Assembly (NCBI GenBank): GCA_017881885.1 | Contig: JADGQJ010000001.1 | Coordinates: 1 to 43,293, forward strand | Direction: 5' to 3' | Source of the DNA: Chloroflexota bacterium | GTDB taxonomy: Bacteria; Chloroflexota; Limnocylindria; Limnocylindrales; CSP1-4 | DNA length: 43,293 bases | In this document: positions 1 to 8,790 of the stretch, one piece after another | Numbering within the stretch: the first letter of the stretch is position 1 | Layout of the letters: each line of letters opens with the position of its first letter | Notes under the pieces: generated by a model | Database searches by the model: none | The model's input: only the letters and a program-made list of their open reading frames with translations | Told to the model about the DNA's origin: nothing | Program-made: the position numbers and the translations under genes

Positions 1-273
1 AGGCGTATCGGACGGAAGCGGCATATCCGTGGCACTGGGCGAGGCGCTGTCCGTGGGCTCAGGCGTGGCCGTCGCAGCCAGGACCGTCGATTCGGGGGAT
101 GGCGACGGGGTCGGGGTGGTGTTTCCGCAGCCCCACACCGCGATCGCAACGAGGCCGACGGCGGCGAACCTGGTCAGACGCTTGAGCCGTGGGTCAATCC
201 TGCGCGAGACCGCCCTCGAGGGCGCGCGACGCGTCTGGAACGGGCTGGGCGGCTGGGACATGGCGTGAGCCAT
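1..273 (-). CDS. Partial (cut by window edge) secreted or lipoprotein-like protein
   Basis: The frame is open to position 1 and is absent from the supplied track because no stop lies in the window. ATG at 273 follows GGAGG with a 6 nt spacer; a second in-frame ATG is at 261. The translation MAHAMSQPPSPFQTRRAPS..RLKRLTRFAAVGLVAIAVWGCGNTTPTPSPSPE shows a basic n-region, a hydrophobic core, a Cys, then a Pro/Thr/Ser linker. The antisense ORF 29..268 shares the same third codon position, so GC3 cannot discriminate between them. Confidence 0.4.
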   Translation of the reverse strand, partial: MAHAMSQPPSPFQTRRAPSRAVSRRIDPRLKRLTRFAAVGLVAIAVWGCGNTTPTPSPSPESTVLAATATPEPTDSASPSATDMPLPSDTP

Positions 274-435
274 CGCGAACCTCCGGGACGCAGCGGTCGA
301 AGCGCTGCGCTTACTCCTCCGCGGGTTTCGAGTATGGGAGCCCGGCGCAGCCGGTCATGAGCGCGGACGGAGGCGTCCTGCCAGTCGAACCGGCGGTTCA
401 GGGAGACGGCCGCCGCGACGGCCACCTTTCCGGGG

Positions 436-1200
436 CTACGGCAGGGCGACGATTGCCGCTCGACCGAACTTGACGGCCGCCCGGAGATGGTCTCTCGCGG
501 ACGCCAGCGCTGTCCGCGCGGATTTCAGAACCGCGGCGGCAGTCCCGGCGTTCCACGTGGCCGCTGTGAGGGACAGGAGCCTGCCGGGGAGCGGCGACGC
601 CAGCGCCATGGCCGCCGAAATCTCGCTATTCATCGAGTCGAGGTCCGCCTGGGCGGTCGCCACGTCGGCGCCGTTGGCCTGAGCGGTCGCGATCCGCCCT
701 GCCAGGGCCGTCGCCGTCTGCGTCAGGGACGGCCGCAGCGCCAGCACGCCATCGGCAGCGTCGACGAGGTGGACCTGCGGCGCGACGAGAAGGTAGATGC
801 GATACGACGAGGCGATCTGGACGACCTCGAGCCTGAGCGCCGGAATTGAAGTCTGGCCGTCGATCTTCGCTCGCAGGCTTGCCAGCCCGGAGGACTCGGC
901 TCCGAGTTCGGCCGCAAGCGCCGCCCGGTCGGACGCGGTCAGCGCCTTCGACCCATTCACGGCCGAGACCAGGCCGGCAAGCGTCTTCTGGCGCCGCCCG
1001 ATCTCGCAGTCGGCAAAGGCCCGCAGCGCCGCGACCGAAACGCGCGGCCGTGTGGCCATGGCTTGAGTTGCGCACACGCCCTGGCCGGCGGGACCGCCGG
1101 AAACCGGGGCGGAAGTCAGTGCTCCGGTGCTCGAGGATGAGACGACCACTAGGGCGGCGGCACCGACGGCAGCGACAACGTTTCGAAGGCGGACGTTCAT
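436..1200 (-). CDS. Secreted Ala-rich helical hypothetical protein
   Basis: N-terminal signal peptide (MNVRLRNVVAAVGAAALVVVSSSS). GAAGGA Shine-Dalgarno sequence upstream of the ATG. Lies 22 nt downstream of the preceding co-directional ORF. No family recognised. Confidence 0.6.
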   Translation of the reverse strand: MNVRLRNVVAAVGAAALVVVSSSSTGALTSAPVSGGPAGQGVCATQAMATRPRVSVAALRAFADCEIGRRQKTLAGLVSAVNGSKALTASDRAALAAELGAESSGLASLRAKIDGQTSIPALRLEVVQIASSYRIYLLVAPQVHLVDAADGVLALRPSLTQTATALAGRIATAQANGADVATAQADLDSMNSEISAAMALASPLPGRLLSLTAATWNAGTAAAVLKSARTALASARDHLRAAVKFGRAAIVALP

Positions 1201-1222
1201 GAGGTTCCTTCGACCTGGCGGC

Positions 1223-1606
1223 CTACTCGCCGCCCTGAGAGGACGAGTCCGAGATTGAGTTGTTGATGTCGTTGATCAGCTGGTTGATCTGGTCGAGCTC
1301 GCTCGCGACCGGATCCGGCGTGGGCGGCCCGCCGGGGCCGCTCGAATCGGAGGCCGAGGCAGGGTCGGAACCGCTCGAATCGGGCGCCGGAGTGTCGAAC
1401 TCGTCGAAGGAAGCGCCGGACGACTCCGCACTCGAGGTCGCCGGGGGCGAGTAGCTGGAACTGGGGCTGGGTGCCGGGTGCCTGCCGCACGAGATCACGG
1501 CCACGCAGACAAGCAGCGCGGCCGCCGCGAACCAGATGGCTCGGGCGCGATCCCGTCTCAGCACGCATCCTCCGTTACGCCACTCCGAGTGGTCTCGATC
1601 AATCAT
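1223..1606 (-). CDS. Small acidic Ser/Pro/Asp-rich lipoprotein-like protein
   Basis: Internal ATG (codon 130 of track ORF 1223..1993) gives MIDRDHSEW..AIWFAAAALLVCVAVISCG, a hydrophobic segment with a lipobox-like VISC. This is followed by a low-complexity acidic S/P/D region and a C-terminal ELDQINQLINDINNSI helix. The part of the track ORF upstream of this ATG is Arg/His-rich and not protein-like. Confidence 0.5.
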   Translation of the reverse strand: MIDRDHSEWRNGGCVLRRDRARAIWFAAAALLVCVAVISCGRHPAPSPSSSYSPPATSSAESSGASFDEFDTPAPDSSGSDPASASDSSGPGGPPTPDPVASELDQINQLINDINNSISDSSSQGGE

Positions 1607-1668
1607 GGACGGCCGCGACTCTCTCGGGTACGCCAGCGATGTAAATGCGACGTAAGAAGGAGCGCGGA

Positions 1669-2247
1669 CTACCCGATCGCGGCGAGCACTTCCGCAGTCG
1701 AACGTACCCGCCCGAGCCGCGGAAACAGCGTCTCCACAGTGTGGCGGTGCTCTTCCGGGTCGCGCGCCGCCATCGCGTCTTCCACGAATATCTGGTTGTA
1801 GCTCCGCTCGAAGGCGTCGCGGGCGGTGCTCTCGACGCCCATGCTCGTGGAGATGCCGCACAGGACGATGGTGTCCACGCCCCGGCGACGCAGCTGCAGA
1901 TCCAGCTCCGTGCCGTAGAAAGCACCCCACTGGCGCTTGGTGATGACAATGTCGGACGGCGCAATGCCGAGTTCCGGGACGAACTCGGCCCAATCGGGCG
2001 GCATAGACCCACCGGCGGGCGGCGTCGCGTCCGTGATCGGCCGCAGGCCATCCTTGCCGTCGGGGGACGGCGTCACGTGCACGAAGACAACCGTGCCGCC
2101 CGCGGCGCGGAGTGCGGCGGCAAGCCGGGCCGCCCGCCCGATGACGTCCGCCGAAGGGTTTGGCGCGGTCGGCCTGGCCACTATGCCGCGCTGGAGGTCG
2201 ATGACTACAAGGGCCGTCTTCGCCGACTCGATCTTCAAGTCCGCCAT
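1669..2247 (-). CDS. Isochorismatase-family cysteine hydrolase
   Basis: MADLKIESAKTALVVIDLQRG.. matches the start typical of the family. A catalytic-Cys region is present (DTIVLCGISTSMGVESTARDA). GGAGG lies 7 nt upstream of ATG 2247. Confidence 0.85.
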   Translation of the reverse strand: MADLKIESAKTALVVIDLQRGIVARPTAPNPSADVIGRAARLAAALRAAGGTVVFVHVTPSPDGKDGLRPITDATPPAGGSMPPDWAEFVPELGIAPSDIVITKRQWGAFYGTELDLQLRRRGVDTIVLCGISTSMGVESTARDAFERSYNQIFVEDAMAARDPEEHRHTVETLFPRLGRVRSTAEVLAAIG

Positions 2248-2302
2248 GTTCAGCCTCCGGTATTCCTGGTTTCCTGAGCTCGGGCTCGTCACCGAGTCCG
2301 CG

Positions 2303-5191
2303 TCATTTCGACTTGGCGGCGGTAGCGAGTGCCGCGTAGGCCGTGGTACGGGCGATCGCATCGGGCCTTCTTGCCTCGCGCCGATCAAAGATGACCTTCG
2401 CCACCTCGATGAGGCTCAAGTAGGCGACCACCAGCACCACCAGCAACGGCCAGAACTGCCACGGCAGCGCGCCGAATGAGAGCAGTGCAGACCCGAGCGG
2501 ACTCAGTGCGATGATCACCGCCACTGCCAGCGCGGCCACGATCGCCGCCCCTAGCTGCTTGCTGGGCCGGCTCCTCCAGAACGGCGTCATGCGCGTGCGG
2601 ATCACAAGGACGACCAGGATCTGGGTGAAGAGCGATTCGACGAACCAGCCCGCCTGGAATGCGCCCTGGTTCTTGACGCTGGTGCCGAGCATTAGAAGCA
2701 GCGCGCCGAAGGTGATGTAGTCGAAGACCGAAGAGATCGGTCCGAAGACGACCATGAACCGCTCGATTGCGTGCACGTCCCAGCGGGCCGGCTCGGCCTG
2801 GGCGTCGGCATCGACGTTGTCCGAAGGAAGTGCCGTCTGCGACGCGTCGTAGATAAGGTTGTTGAGCAGGATCTGGCTCGGCAGCATCGGCAGATAGGGC
2901 AGCACGAGCGCGGCCCCGGCCATGCTCAGCATGTTGCCGAAGTTGGAGCTCGTCCCCATCCGGATGTATTTGAGCGTGTTGGCGAACGTGCGGCGGCCCT
3001 CGGTCACGCCCTGGGAAATCGCCGCAAGGCTCGGCTCGAGCAGGATGATGTCGGCGGCCGATCGGGCCACGTCCGTGGCGTTGTCGACGCTGATGCCGAC
3101 GTCGGCGACATGGAGTGCCGGGGCGTCGTTGATACCGTCGCCCATGTAGCCGACGACGCTGCCCGACTCGCGCAGGGCGCGGATCACCTGGAGCTTCTGG
3201 TCGGGATCGACACGGGCGAAGATCGTGGTCCGCTTTGCGCGGGCCACCAACGCCGGATGAGTCAGCCTGCGCATCTGGTCGCCGGTCAGAACGCCGTCGA
3301 CCTTCAACCCGACGAGACCAGCCACGTGGCGAGCCACCAGGTCGTTGTCGCCGGTGATGATCTTGAGGGCAATCCCCTGGCTCGCCAGGGAGGCGATCGC
3401 CTTGCCGACATCCGGCTTGGGCGGGTCGCTAAACAGGATCACGCCCTCGAAAGTCAGGCCTCGCTCGAGTCTTGAGGCGGCCGACAGGTCGACAGGGGCC
3501 GGCTTTGCGGTCGAAGACGGCTTTGCCGTCGAAACCTCCTTGGCGGCCGAAGAAGGCTTGGCGGTCGAAGACGGCTTTGCGGTCGAGGCCTCCTTGGCGG
3601 CCGAAGGAGGCTTGGCGGCCGAAGCGGGCGAAGCCGGCATGCCCTTCAGTTCGTCCGGGTTCAGCACTCTAGAAGCGACGGCGACCAGACGGAAGCCGTC
3701 GGCAGACGAACCGTCAACGAGCTTCGCCAGACGCTCGTGTTCGGCCGGGTGGATCGCCCGCGCCGTGTGATCCGTCCGGACGCTGGCCGAGGCAGCCATG
3801 ACCGCTTCGGGAGCGCCCTTCGTCACGAGTAGCGGCGGCTCGTCACCGCGCTGGACGACCACGCTCAGCATGCGGCGGTTGAAGTCGTAGGGCAGCTCGG
3901 CGAGCTTGCGATAAGAGGCCAGATCGGCGGGCTTGGGGGCGGCCGCCAGAACCGCGGTATCGAGCGGGTTCTGGAAGCTCGACTCGAAATGGCTGTTTAG
4001 GTAGGCGAGCTCGAGGGCGCGCGAGGCCTCACTTGCGTCGTCGTCGTCGATGCCCACCGCCTTGACCAATTCCAGCTTGCCCTGGGTGAGGGTGCCGGTC
4101 TTGTCTGTGCAGAGAACGGTCACGCTGCCGAGGTTCTGGATGGCAGGGAGGCGCTTGACCAGGACGCCGTGCGCGCTCAGCGCGCGCGCTCCGCGAGTCA
4201 GGTTGAGGGTCACGATCGCGGGCAGCAGCTCGGGCGTGAGGCCGACGGCAAGAGCGATGGAGAAGAGCAGGGCATCGAACAGCGGTCGCTGCAGCGCCAC
4301 GTTGATGGCGAAGACGCCGACGACGAGGATCAGCGTCACTCGGCCGATCAGCAACCCGAAGGCCCGAACGCCGTGCTGGAAGTCGGTCTCCGGTGCACGC
4401 TCGGCGAGCCGGTGGGCGATCGCACCGTAGCTCGTCTTTGCGCCGGTGGCGGTGACCTCGGCCAGCCCCGTGCCGCTCACGACGCTGGTCCCGAAGAAGG
4501 CCAGCCCGGCCCGATCCGCGTCCTTGCCCGGAACCAGCTTGCCGGGCATGGGGTTCTTGAGCGAGGCGGCGGATTCTCCGGTGAGCGACGACTCGTCAAC
4601 GAACAGGTGGTTCGCTTCGAGCAGTCGCGCGTCGGCGGGGACGATGTCACCGGCTCCGAGGACCACGACGTCGCCAACGACCACATCATGGATGAGGATC
4701 TCCTGGTTCTTGCCATCTCTGACAACCGTCGCGCGGAGTGCCAGGCGAGCCTGCAGAGCTGCAACTGCCGCCTCGGAGCGAGCCTCCTGAACGAATCCCA
4801 GGAGAGCGCTCATGGCCACGATCGCCAGGATGATGCCGGCTTCGACGCGATCGCCGACGGCCATGCTCACGACGCTGGCGATGACGAGGATCAGGACGAG
4901 TGGGCTGGCGAACTGGCTCACGAGCACGGCCAGCGGGCCGCGGCGCCCCTCGCCCCCCAAGGCGTTCGGACCGTTCTGGCGAAGTCGCTTGGCCGCTTCC
5001 GCCGAGGTCAAGCCGGCAGTCGAGCCGGGAAGCGAGTCGGAAGCCGCCGTCGGCGCGGCCGGTGATGCTGCAGGCGCCGGAGAACCGGTGGACGACGTCG
5101 GGGCCGAATCCGGGGGCGACTTCGGGGAGGTCGGGGGCGACGCGTCGTGCGCCGCCGAGGCTTTCCCGGTGGGAACCGGCTTCTTCGCCAT
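2303..5191 (-). CDS. mgtA: Mg2+-importing P-type ATPase (type IIIB, MgtA-like)
   Basis: Motifs seen: TGES, LCTDKTGTLTQGKL (the DKTGTLTQ form typical of MgtA), LTPELLPAIVT, MGDGINDAPAL, and GRRTFANTLKYIRMGTSSNFGN..LPMLPSQILLNNLIYD. The start is uncertain: ATG 5191 (MAKKP..) or TTG 5257, neither with a good SD. Confidence 0.9.
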   Translation of the reverse strand: MAKKPVPTGKASAAHDASPPTSPKSPPDSAPTSSTGSPAPAASPAAPTAASDSLPGSTAGLTSAEAAKRLRQNGPNALGGEGRRGPLAVLVSQFASPLVLILVIASVVSMAVGDRVEAGIILAIVAMSALLGFVQEARSEAAVAALQARLALRATVVRDGKNQEILIHDVVVGDVVVLGAGDIVPADARLLEANHLFVDESSLTGESAASLKNPMPGKLVPGKDADRAGLAFFGTSVVSGTGLAEVTATGAKTSYGAIAHRLAERAPETDFQHGVRAFGLLIGRVTLILVVGVFAINVALQRPLFDALLFSIALAVGLTPELLPAIVTLNLTRGARALSAHGVLVKRLPAIQNLGSVTVLCTDKTGTLTQGKLELVKAVGIDDDDASEASRALELAYLNSHFESSFQNPLDTAVLAAAPKPADLASYRKLAELPYDFNRRMLSVVVQRGDEPPLLVTKGAPEAVMAASASVRTDHTARAIHPAEHERLAKLVDGSSADGFRLVAVASRVLNPDELKGMPASPASAAKPPSAAKEASTAKPSSTAKPSSAAKEVSTAKPSSTAKPAPVDLSAASRLERGLTFEGVILFSDPPKPDVGKAIASLASQGIALKIITGDNDLVARHVAGLVGLKVDGVLTGDQMRRLTHPALVARAKRTTIFARVDPDQKLQVIRALRESGSVVGYMGDGINDAPALHVADVGISVDNATDVARSAADIILLEPSLAAISQGVTEGRRTFANTLKYIRMGTSSNFGNMLSMAGAALVLPYLPMLPSQILLNNLIYDASQTALPSDNVDADAQAEPARWDVHAIERFMVVFGPISSVFDYITFGALLLMLGTSVKNQGAFQAGWFVESLFTQILVVLVIRTRMTPFWRSRPSKQLGAAIVAALAVAVIIALSPLGSALLSFGALPWQFWPLLVVLVVAYLSLIEVAKVIFDRREARRPDAIARTTAYAALATAAKSK
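3509..3616. repeat. 54-bp x2 in-frame tandem duplication inside mgtA
   Basis: Unit 3509..3562 and unit 3563..3616 differ at only 4 positions. Partial further copies flank them across about 3490..3630. The region encodes AKPPSAAKEASTAKPSSTAKPSSAAKEVSTAKPSSTAKPAP. Confidence 0.9.
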
Positions 5192-5326
5192 ATTCGCATG
5201 GTATCCGGTTCGCGCCGGACGTCTGTTTTGGCGAATCCTGCCTGGCGGTTTTCGCAACCTGACATGGGTTGTCGTGAAGCCGCGCTAGGGTCCTACCCGT
5301 TGGGGTAATCCCATGAGGAGACACCC

Positions 5327-5668
5327 GTGGCAATACATATCGCGTATTGCGGACTCAACTGCGGCGGCTGTCCCGCCTTCCACGCTGCTCTCCGGCTCAC
5401 CGAGGCAGAGCGGCAGGTCGTCGCCGAGAAGTGGAATGTGGATTTCGGTGGGAGCCACACCGTCGCCGACATCGACTGCGTCGGGTGCACGCACGAAGGC
5501 CGTCACGCCCCTTACTGCGAGAGTGGCTGCGAGATCCGCAAGTGCGCCGTGGGCAGAGCCGTGACCACGTGCGCCGAATGCGCGGCCTACGGATGCGAGA
5601 GCCTGGCGGGCTTCCTCGCCGTCGTTCCCGACGCGAGAGCGAACCTCGAGGCCCGACGCCCAGCCTGA
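5327..5668 (+). CDS. DUF3795-family Cys-rich protein
   Basis: IAYCGLNCGGCPAF .. DCVGC .. YCESGCEIRKCA .. CAECAAYGCE matches the DUF3795 cysteine pattern. GTG start is preceded by GAGGAG. Confidence 0.7.
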   Translation: MAIHIAYCGLNCGGCPAFHAALRLTEAERQVVAEKWNVDFGGSHTVADIDCVGCTHEGRHAPYCESGCEIRKCAVGRAVTTCAECAAYGCESLAGFLAVVPDARANLEARRPA

Positions 5669-5841
5669 CTCCGCGACTTACGCTCAAGGCCGCGAATTCA
5701 TCCACAAGTTAGGAACACAAAGATGCGCAGCGGCCGTGCGGAGGGTTCCGGTTTTTGACACGCTTCTCCAACGTACGGGTGCCCTGGGGAGAAGGGGCCG
5801 TCACGCCCGGCGAGCCGATCAAAGGTTGGAGGAGGTCGCTC

Positions 5842-7212
5842 ATGGCTGCCGCCATCGAATACGTCCGTGGCATGTTCCAGTGGACCGTCAAACGGGAAGG
5901 CATCATCGCCCCGGACGAGCGGCCGCCGGCCGTTCAATCGGTGGCTCTGGGCGTCCAGCACATCTTCGCCATGTTCGGGGCGACTGTGCTCGCGCCGATC
6001 CTTATGGGCTTCGATCCCAACACCGCGATCTTCTTCTCGGGCGTTGGCACGCTCATCTTCTTCGTCTGCGTTCGTGGTCGCGTACCGAGCTACCTCGGCT
6101 CGAGCTTCTCGTTCATTGCCGTGGTCATCTCCGCGGAGGCCATCGGCGCCGGACACAATATTCCCGCGGCGCTGGGCGGAATCATCGTTTGCGGCGCGGT
6201 CTACGCCCTGATCGGGCTCGTGGTCATGATCGTCGGATACAAGTGGGTCGAGTGGCTGATGCCGCCGGTCATCACCGGAGCCATCGTCATGGTCATCGGC
6301 CTGAACCTGGCACACGTTGCCGTGGCGGACCTCAACGGTGTCGCGAGCTGGTACGTAAATCCGAATATCGGGCAGACGAACGACATCTTCTTCATGACTA
6401 TGGGTCTGCTCACGACTGCGGCAGTAGTGCTGGTGGCGGTCTACGCCCCCGGAATCCTTCGACGCCTGCCGATCCTGCTAGGCGGCATAGCCGGCTTCGT
6501 CATGTACTTCGTGGCAACAAACCTGCTGCACCTGGGCCCGAAGGGCGCTGAGATCAGCTTCGACAAGATCGGCTCCGCGGCCTGGATCGGCCTGCCAAAC
6601 TTCACGACTCCTGTCTTCGACGGCCATGCGATCGTCCTGATCGCGCCGATCGCGCTTGTCCTCGTGGCCGAGAACCTGGGTCACGTCAAGGCCGTTTCGG
6701 CGATGACCGGCCGGAACCTCGATCCGTATATCGGCCGAGCCTTCCTCGGCGACGGCATCGCGACCATGGTCGCGGCATCCGGGGGCGGCACCGGCGTCAC
6801 CACCTACGCCGAGAACATCGGCGTCATGGCCGTGACCAAGATCTACTCCAGCCTGGTCTTCATCATCGCCGCCTTCGTTGCCCTGGCGATGGGCATCTGC
6901 CCGAAGTTCGGCGCCCTTATCGGCACGATTCCGAGTCCAGTCCTCGGCGGCCTGGCGATCGTCCTGTTCGGCCTCATCGCGGCTACGGGAGCCCGTATCT
7001 GGGTCCAGAACAAGGTCGACTTCGGTGTGACCCGCAACCTCGTCACGGTCGCGGCTGCGCTCACGATCGGCGCCGGCGACTTGACCCTCACCTCGGGCGA
7101 CTTTTCGCTCGGCGGCATCGCCATGGCGACTTTTGGGGCGATCATCGTCTACCAGGTCCTGGGCCTGGTGAAGGTGGCCCAGGAGCCGGGCTCGGAGGCC
7201 ACCGCCTCCTGA
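5842..7212 (+). CDS. uraA: NCS2-family uracil (or xanthine) permease
   Basis: QHIFAMFGATVLAPILMGF..GVGTLIFF..GRVPSYLGSSFSFI resembles UraA/PyrP. The protein has multiple TM segments. ATG 5842 is preceded by GGAGGAGG. upp lies nearby. Confidence 0.85.
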   Translation: MAAAIEYVRGMFQWTVKREGIIAPDERPPAVQSVALGVQHIFAMFGATVLAPILMGFDPNTAIFFSGVGTLIFFVCVRGRVPSYLGSSFSFIAVVISAEAIGAGHNIPAALGGIIVCGAVYALIGLVVMIVGYKWVEWLMPPVITGAIVMVIGLNLAHVAVADLNGVASWYVNPNIGQTNDIFFMTMGLLTTAAVVLVAVYAPGILRRLPILLGGIAGFVMYFVATNLLHLGPKGAEISFDKIGSAAWIGLPNFTTPVFDGHAIVLIAPIALVLVAENLGHVKAVSAMTGRNLDPYIGRAFLGDGIATMVAASGGGTGVTTYAENIGVMAVTKIYSSLVFIIAAFVALAMGICPKFGALIGTIPSPVLGGLAIVLFGLIAATGARIWVQNKVDFGVTRNLVTVAAALTIGAGDLTLTSGDFSLGGIAMATFGAIIVYQVLGLVKVAQEPGSEATAS

Positions 7213-7232
7213 CCCCATCCCTCGCAGAAACG

Positions 7233-7288
7233 AAGCGGGCGGCCCCGGCTTTCGCAAGTGCGAATGCCGCAAGGCCGCCCGCTTTTCG
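7233..7288 (+). terminator. Nested-hairpin intrinsic terminator after the permease gene
   Basis: AAGCGGGCGGCC (7233..7244) pairs perfectly with GGCCGCCCGCTT (7273..7284). The loop contains an inner palindrome TTCGCA-AG-TGCGAA. A TTTTCG tail follows. The element starts 21 nt after the stop codon. Confidence 0.6.
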
Positions 7289-7388
7289 CGATCACGGGGT
7301 CCGTCGTGGAACCGGAGCGACATCGCCGCCGTCGTTGGGGAAACGCTACCTCTGCAGGACCCAATCAGCCTGTCTGCGAGGGCCCGAA

Positions 7389-7958
7389 ATGCGGTGGGAG
7401 ATGGAGCTACCCGGAAAGACGCGGCCTGGAGCCGCGGCCGGCACGAGACACGCCCGATTTCCAGCGACGCTGCTCGCGATCTCCCTGCTTGTGGTCGCCT
7501 GTGTCGCCACGCCGACGCAGGCCAGCCCGCCAGGCACCGTCGTGGGTGCGCACGTATCCAGCGCCACTCCAACGTACTGCGTCGGGAGTCACACCTGGCC
7601 GCCGCACAGCTATCCACCACCGCCGGCAGGTCTGTCCGCCGAATCCATCAATATGCACGTCGTGCGACTGGTCAATTCGACGGGACGTGACTACTGGTAT
7701 CGAATCTCGACGTGGGAGGGTCTGGACTGCGCCGGGAAGTTCGTCTATGACTTCGGGTTCCTCGAGTCTGAGATGGTCCGCGGGCCGCTTCCGAAGCACT
7801 CCCAGGTGGACGTGGACGCCGGATCCTCAGGCAGCGACGTCGAGCTGGTGCGAATGGGCGTCGGCTTCTGGGACCATCCCTGCGGCGAGCCGTGCTCGTC
7901 TCCGCCGATGGGGTTCTTGACGGTGCCCCAGTCGACGATTGACCCGGGTTCTACCTGA
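7389..7958 (+). CDS. Secreted/lipoprotein-like Cys-containing hypothetical protein
   Basis: Signal sequence ..RFPATLLAISLLVVACVATPTQASPPG, with lipobox-like VVAC or an AxA-type cleavage site. No family recognised. The start could be 7335, 7389 or 7401. Confidence 0.5.
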   Translation: MRWEMELPGKTRPGAAAGTRHARFPATLLAISLLVVACVATPTQASPPGTVVGAHVSSATPTYCVGSHTWPPHSYPPPPAGLSAESINMHVVRLVNSTGRDYWYRISTWEGLDCAGKFVYDFGFLESEMVRGPLPKHSQVDVDAGSSGSDVELVRMGVGFWDHPCGEPCSSPPMGFLTVPQSTIDPGST

Positions 7959-7994
7959 GATCGGCCCTCCACAGCTCGCCGAGCCCTTGGCCCG

Positions 7995-8669
7995 TTAGCC
8001 CGCGCGGCCCGTCCCGAACTGGCGATCGCCGGCGTCGCCGAGGCCCGGCATGATGTAGCCGTGCTCATTGAGCTGCCGATCGACCGCGGCGCAGTAGATC
8101 TCGACGTCGGGGTGGGCGCTGGTGACGGCGTCGACGCCTTCCGGCGCCACGATCAAGTTGACGAGCTTGATCCGGGTGGCGCCCCATCGCTTGAGTACCT
8201 CGATCGCGGCTGTGGCCGAGCCGCCCGTGGCGAGCATCGGATCGAGGATCAGGCACAGGTCGACCGTGGCGGAGTCCGGGAGCTTGTTGTAGTACTCGAC
8301 CGGTCGGAGGGTGCGCTCGTCGCGGAAGAGACCCAGATGCCACACCTCGGCCGTCGGCATCAGCTCCAGCATGGCGTCCACCATGCCCAGCCCGGCCCGC
8401 AGGATCGGCACGAGCCCGATGCGGACGCCCAGTTCGTGGGCGTCCGTCGTCTCGATGGGAGTGTTGACGGTGCGGGGACGGACCTCGACGTCGGCCAGGG
8501 CCTCATAGCCGAGCAGCCATGAGAGCTCGCGGACGACTTCGCGGAACTTCTTGGGCTCGGTCTTCTCGTCGCGCAGGATCCGCAGCTTGTGAAGGATCGC
8601 GGGGTGCCGCGACACGTGAAGCGTCGGCCAGGCGGTGTCACGGATGGGCAAAGGAGACGAATCAGGCAC
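7995..8669 (-). CDS. upp: Uracil phosphoribosyltransferase
   Basis: Full-length Upp-like sequence: ..[58 protein letters not shown] start is preceded by AGGAGGAGG. Confidence 0.9.
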   Translation of the reverse strand: MPDSSPLPIRDTAWPTLHVSRHPAILHKLRILRDEKTEPKKFREVVRELSWLLGYEALADVEVRPRTVNTPIETTDAHELGVRIGLVPILRAGLGMVDAMLELMPTAEVWHLGLFRDERTLRPVEYYNKLPDSATVDLCLILDPMLATGGSATAAIEVLKRWGATRIKLVNLIVAPEGVDAVTSAHPDVEIYCAAVDRQLNEHGYIMPGLGDAGDRQFGTGRAG

Positions 8670-8790
8670 TAGATGCCTCCTCCTGATACGAACCTGGACG
8701 ATGTTGCGGCAATCGTACGAGGACGCCGGACGGAGCGTTGGGCGCGCAGGCGCGGGACTCCCCCGACCGACCCGAATGCGTGCCGGGCGT

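Noticed and set aside
5192-5330. Mg2+ riboswitch (M-box) or leader ORF upstream of mgtA
   Set aside because: The region is too short, and reading the minus strand shows none of the conserved M-box segments.
5780-5815. Possible PyrR-binding hairpin (GCCC-UGGGGAGAAG-GGGC) upstream of the uracil permease. GUCCAG upstream of upp (about 8690) was considered in the same way.
   Set aside because: The loop does not match the conserved UCCAGAGAGG core, and the stems are short. The only support is the pyrimidine-related gene context.
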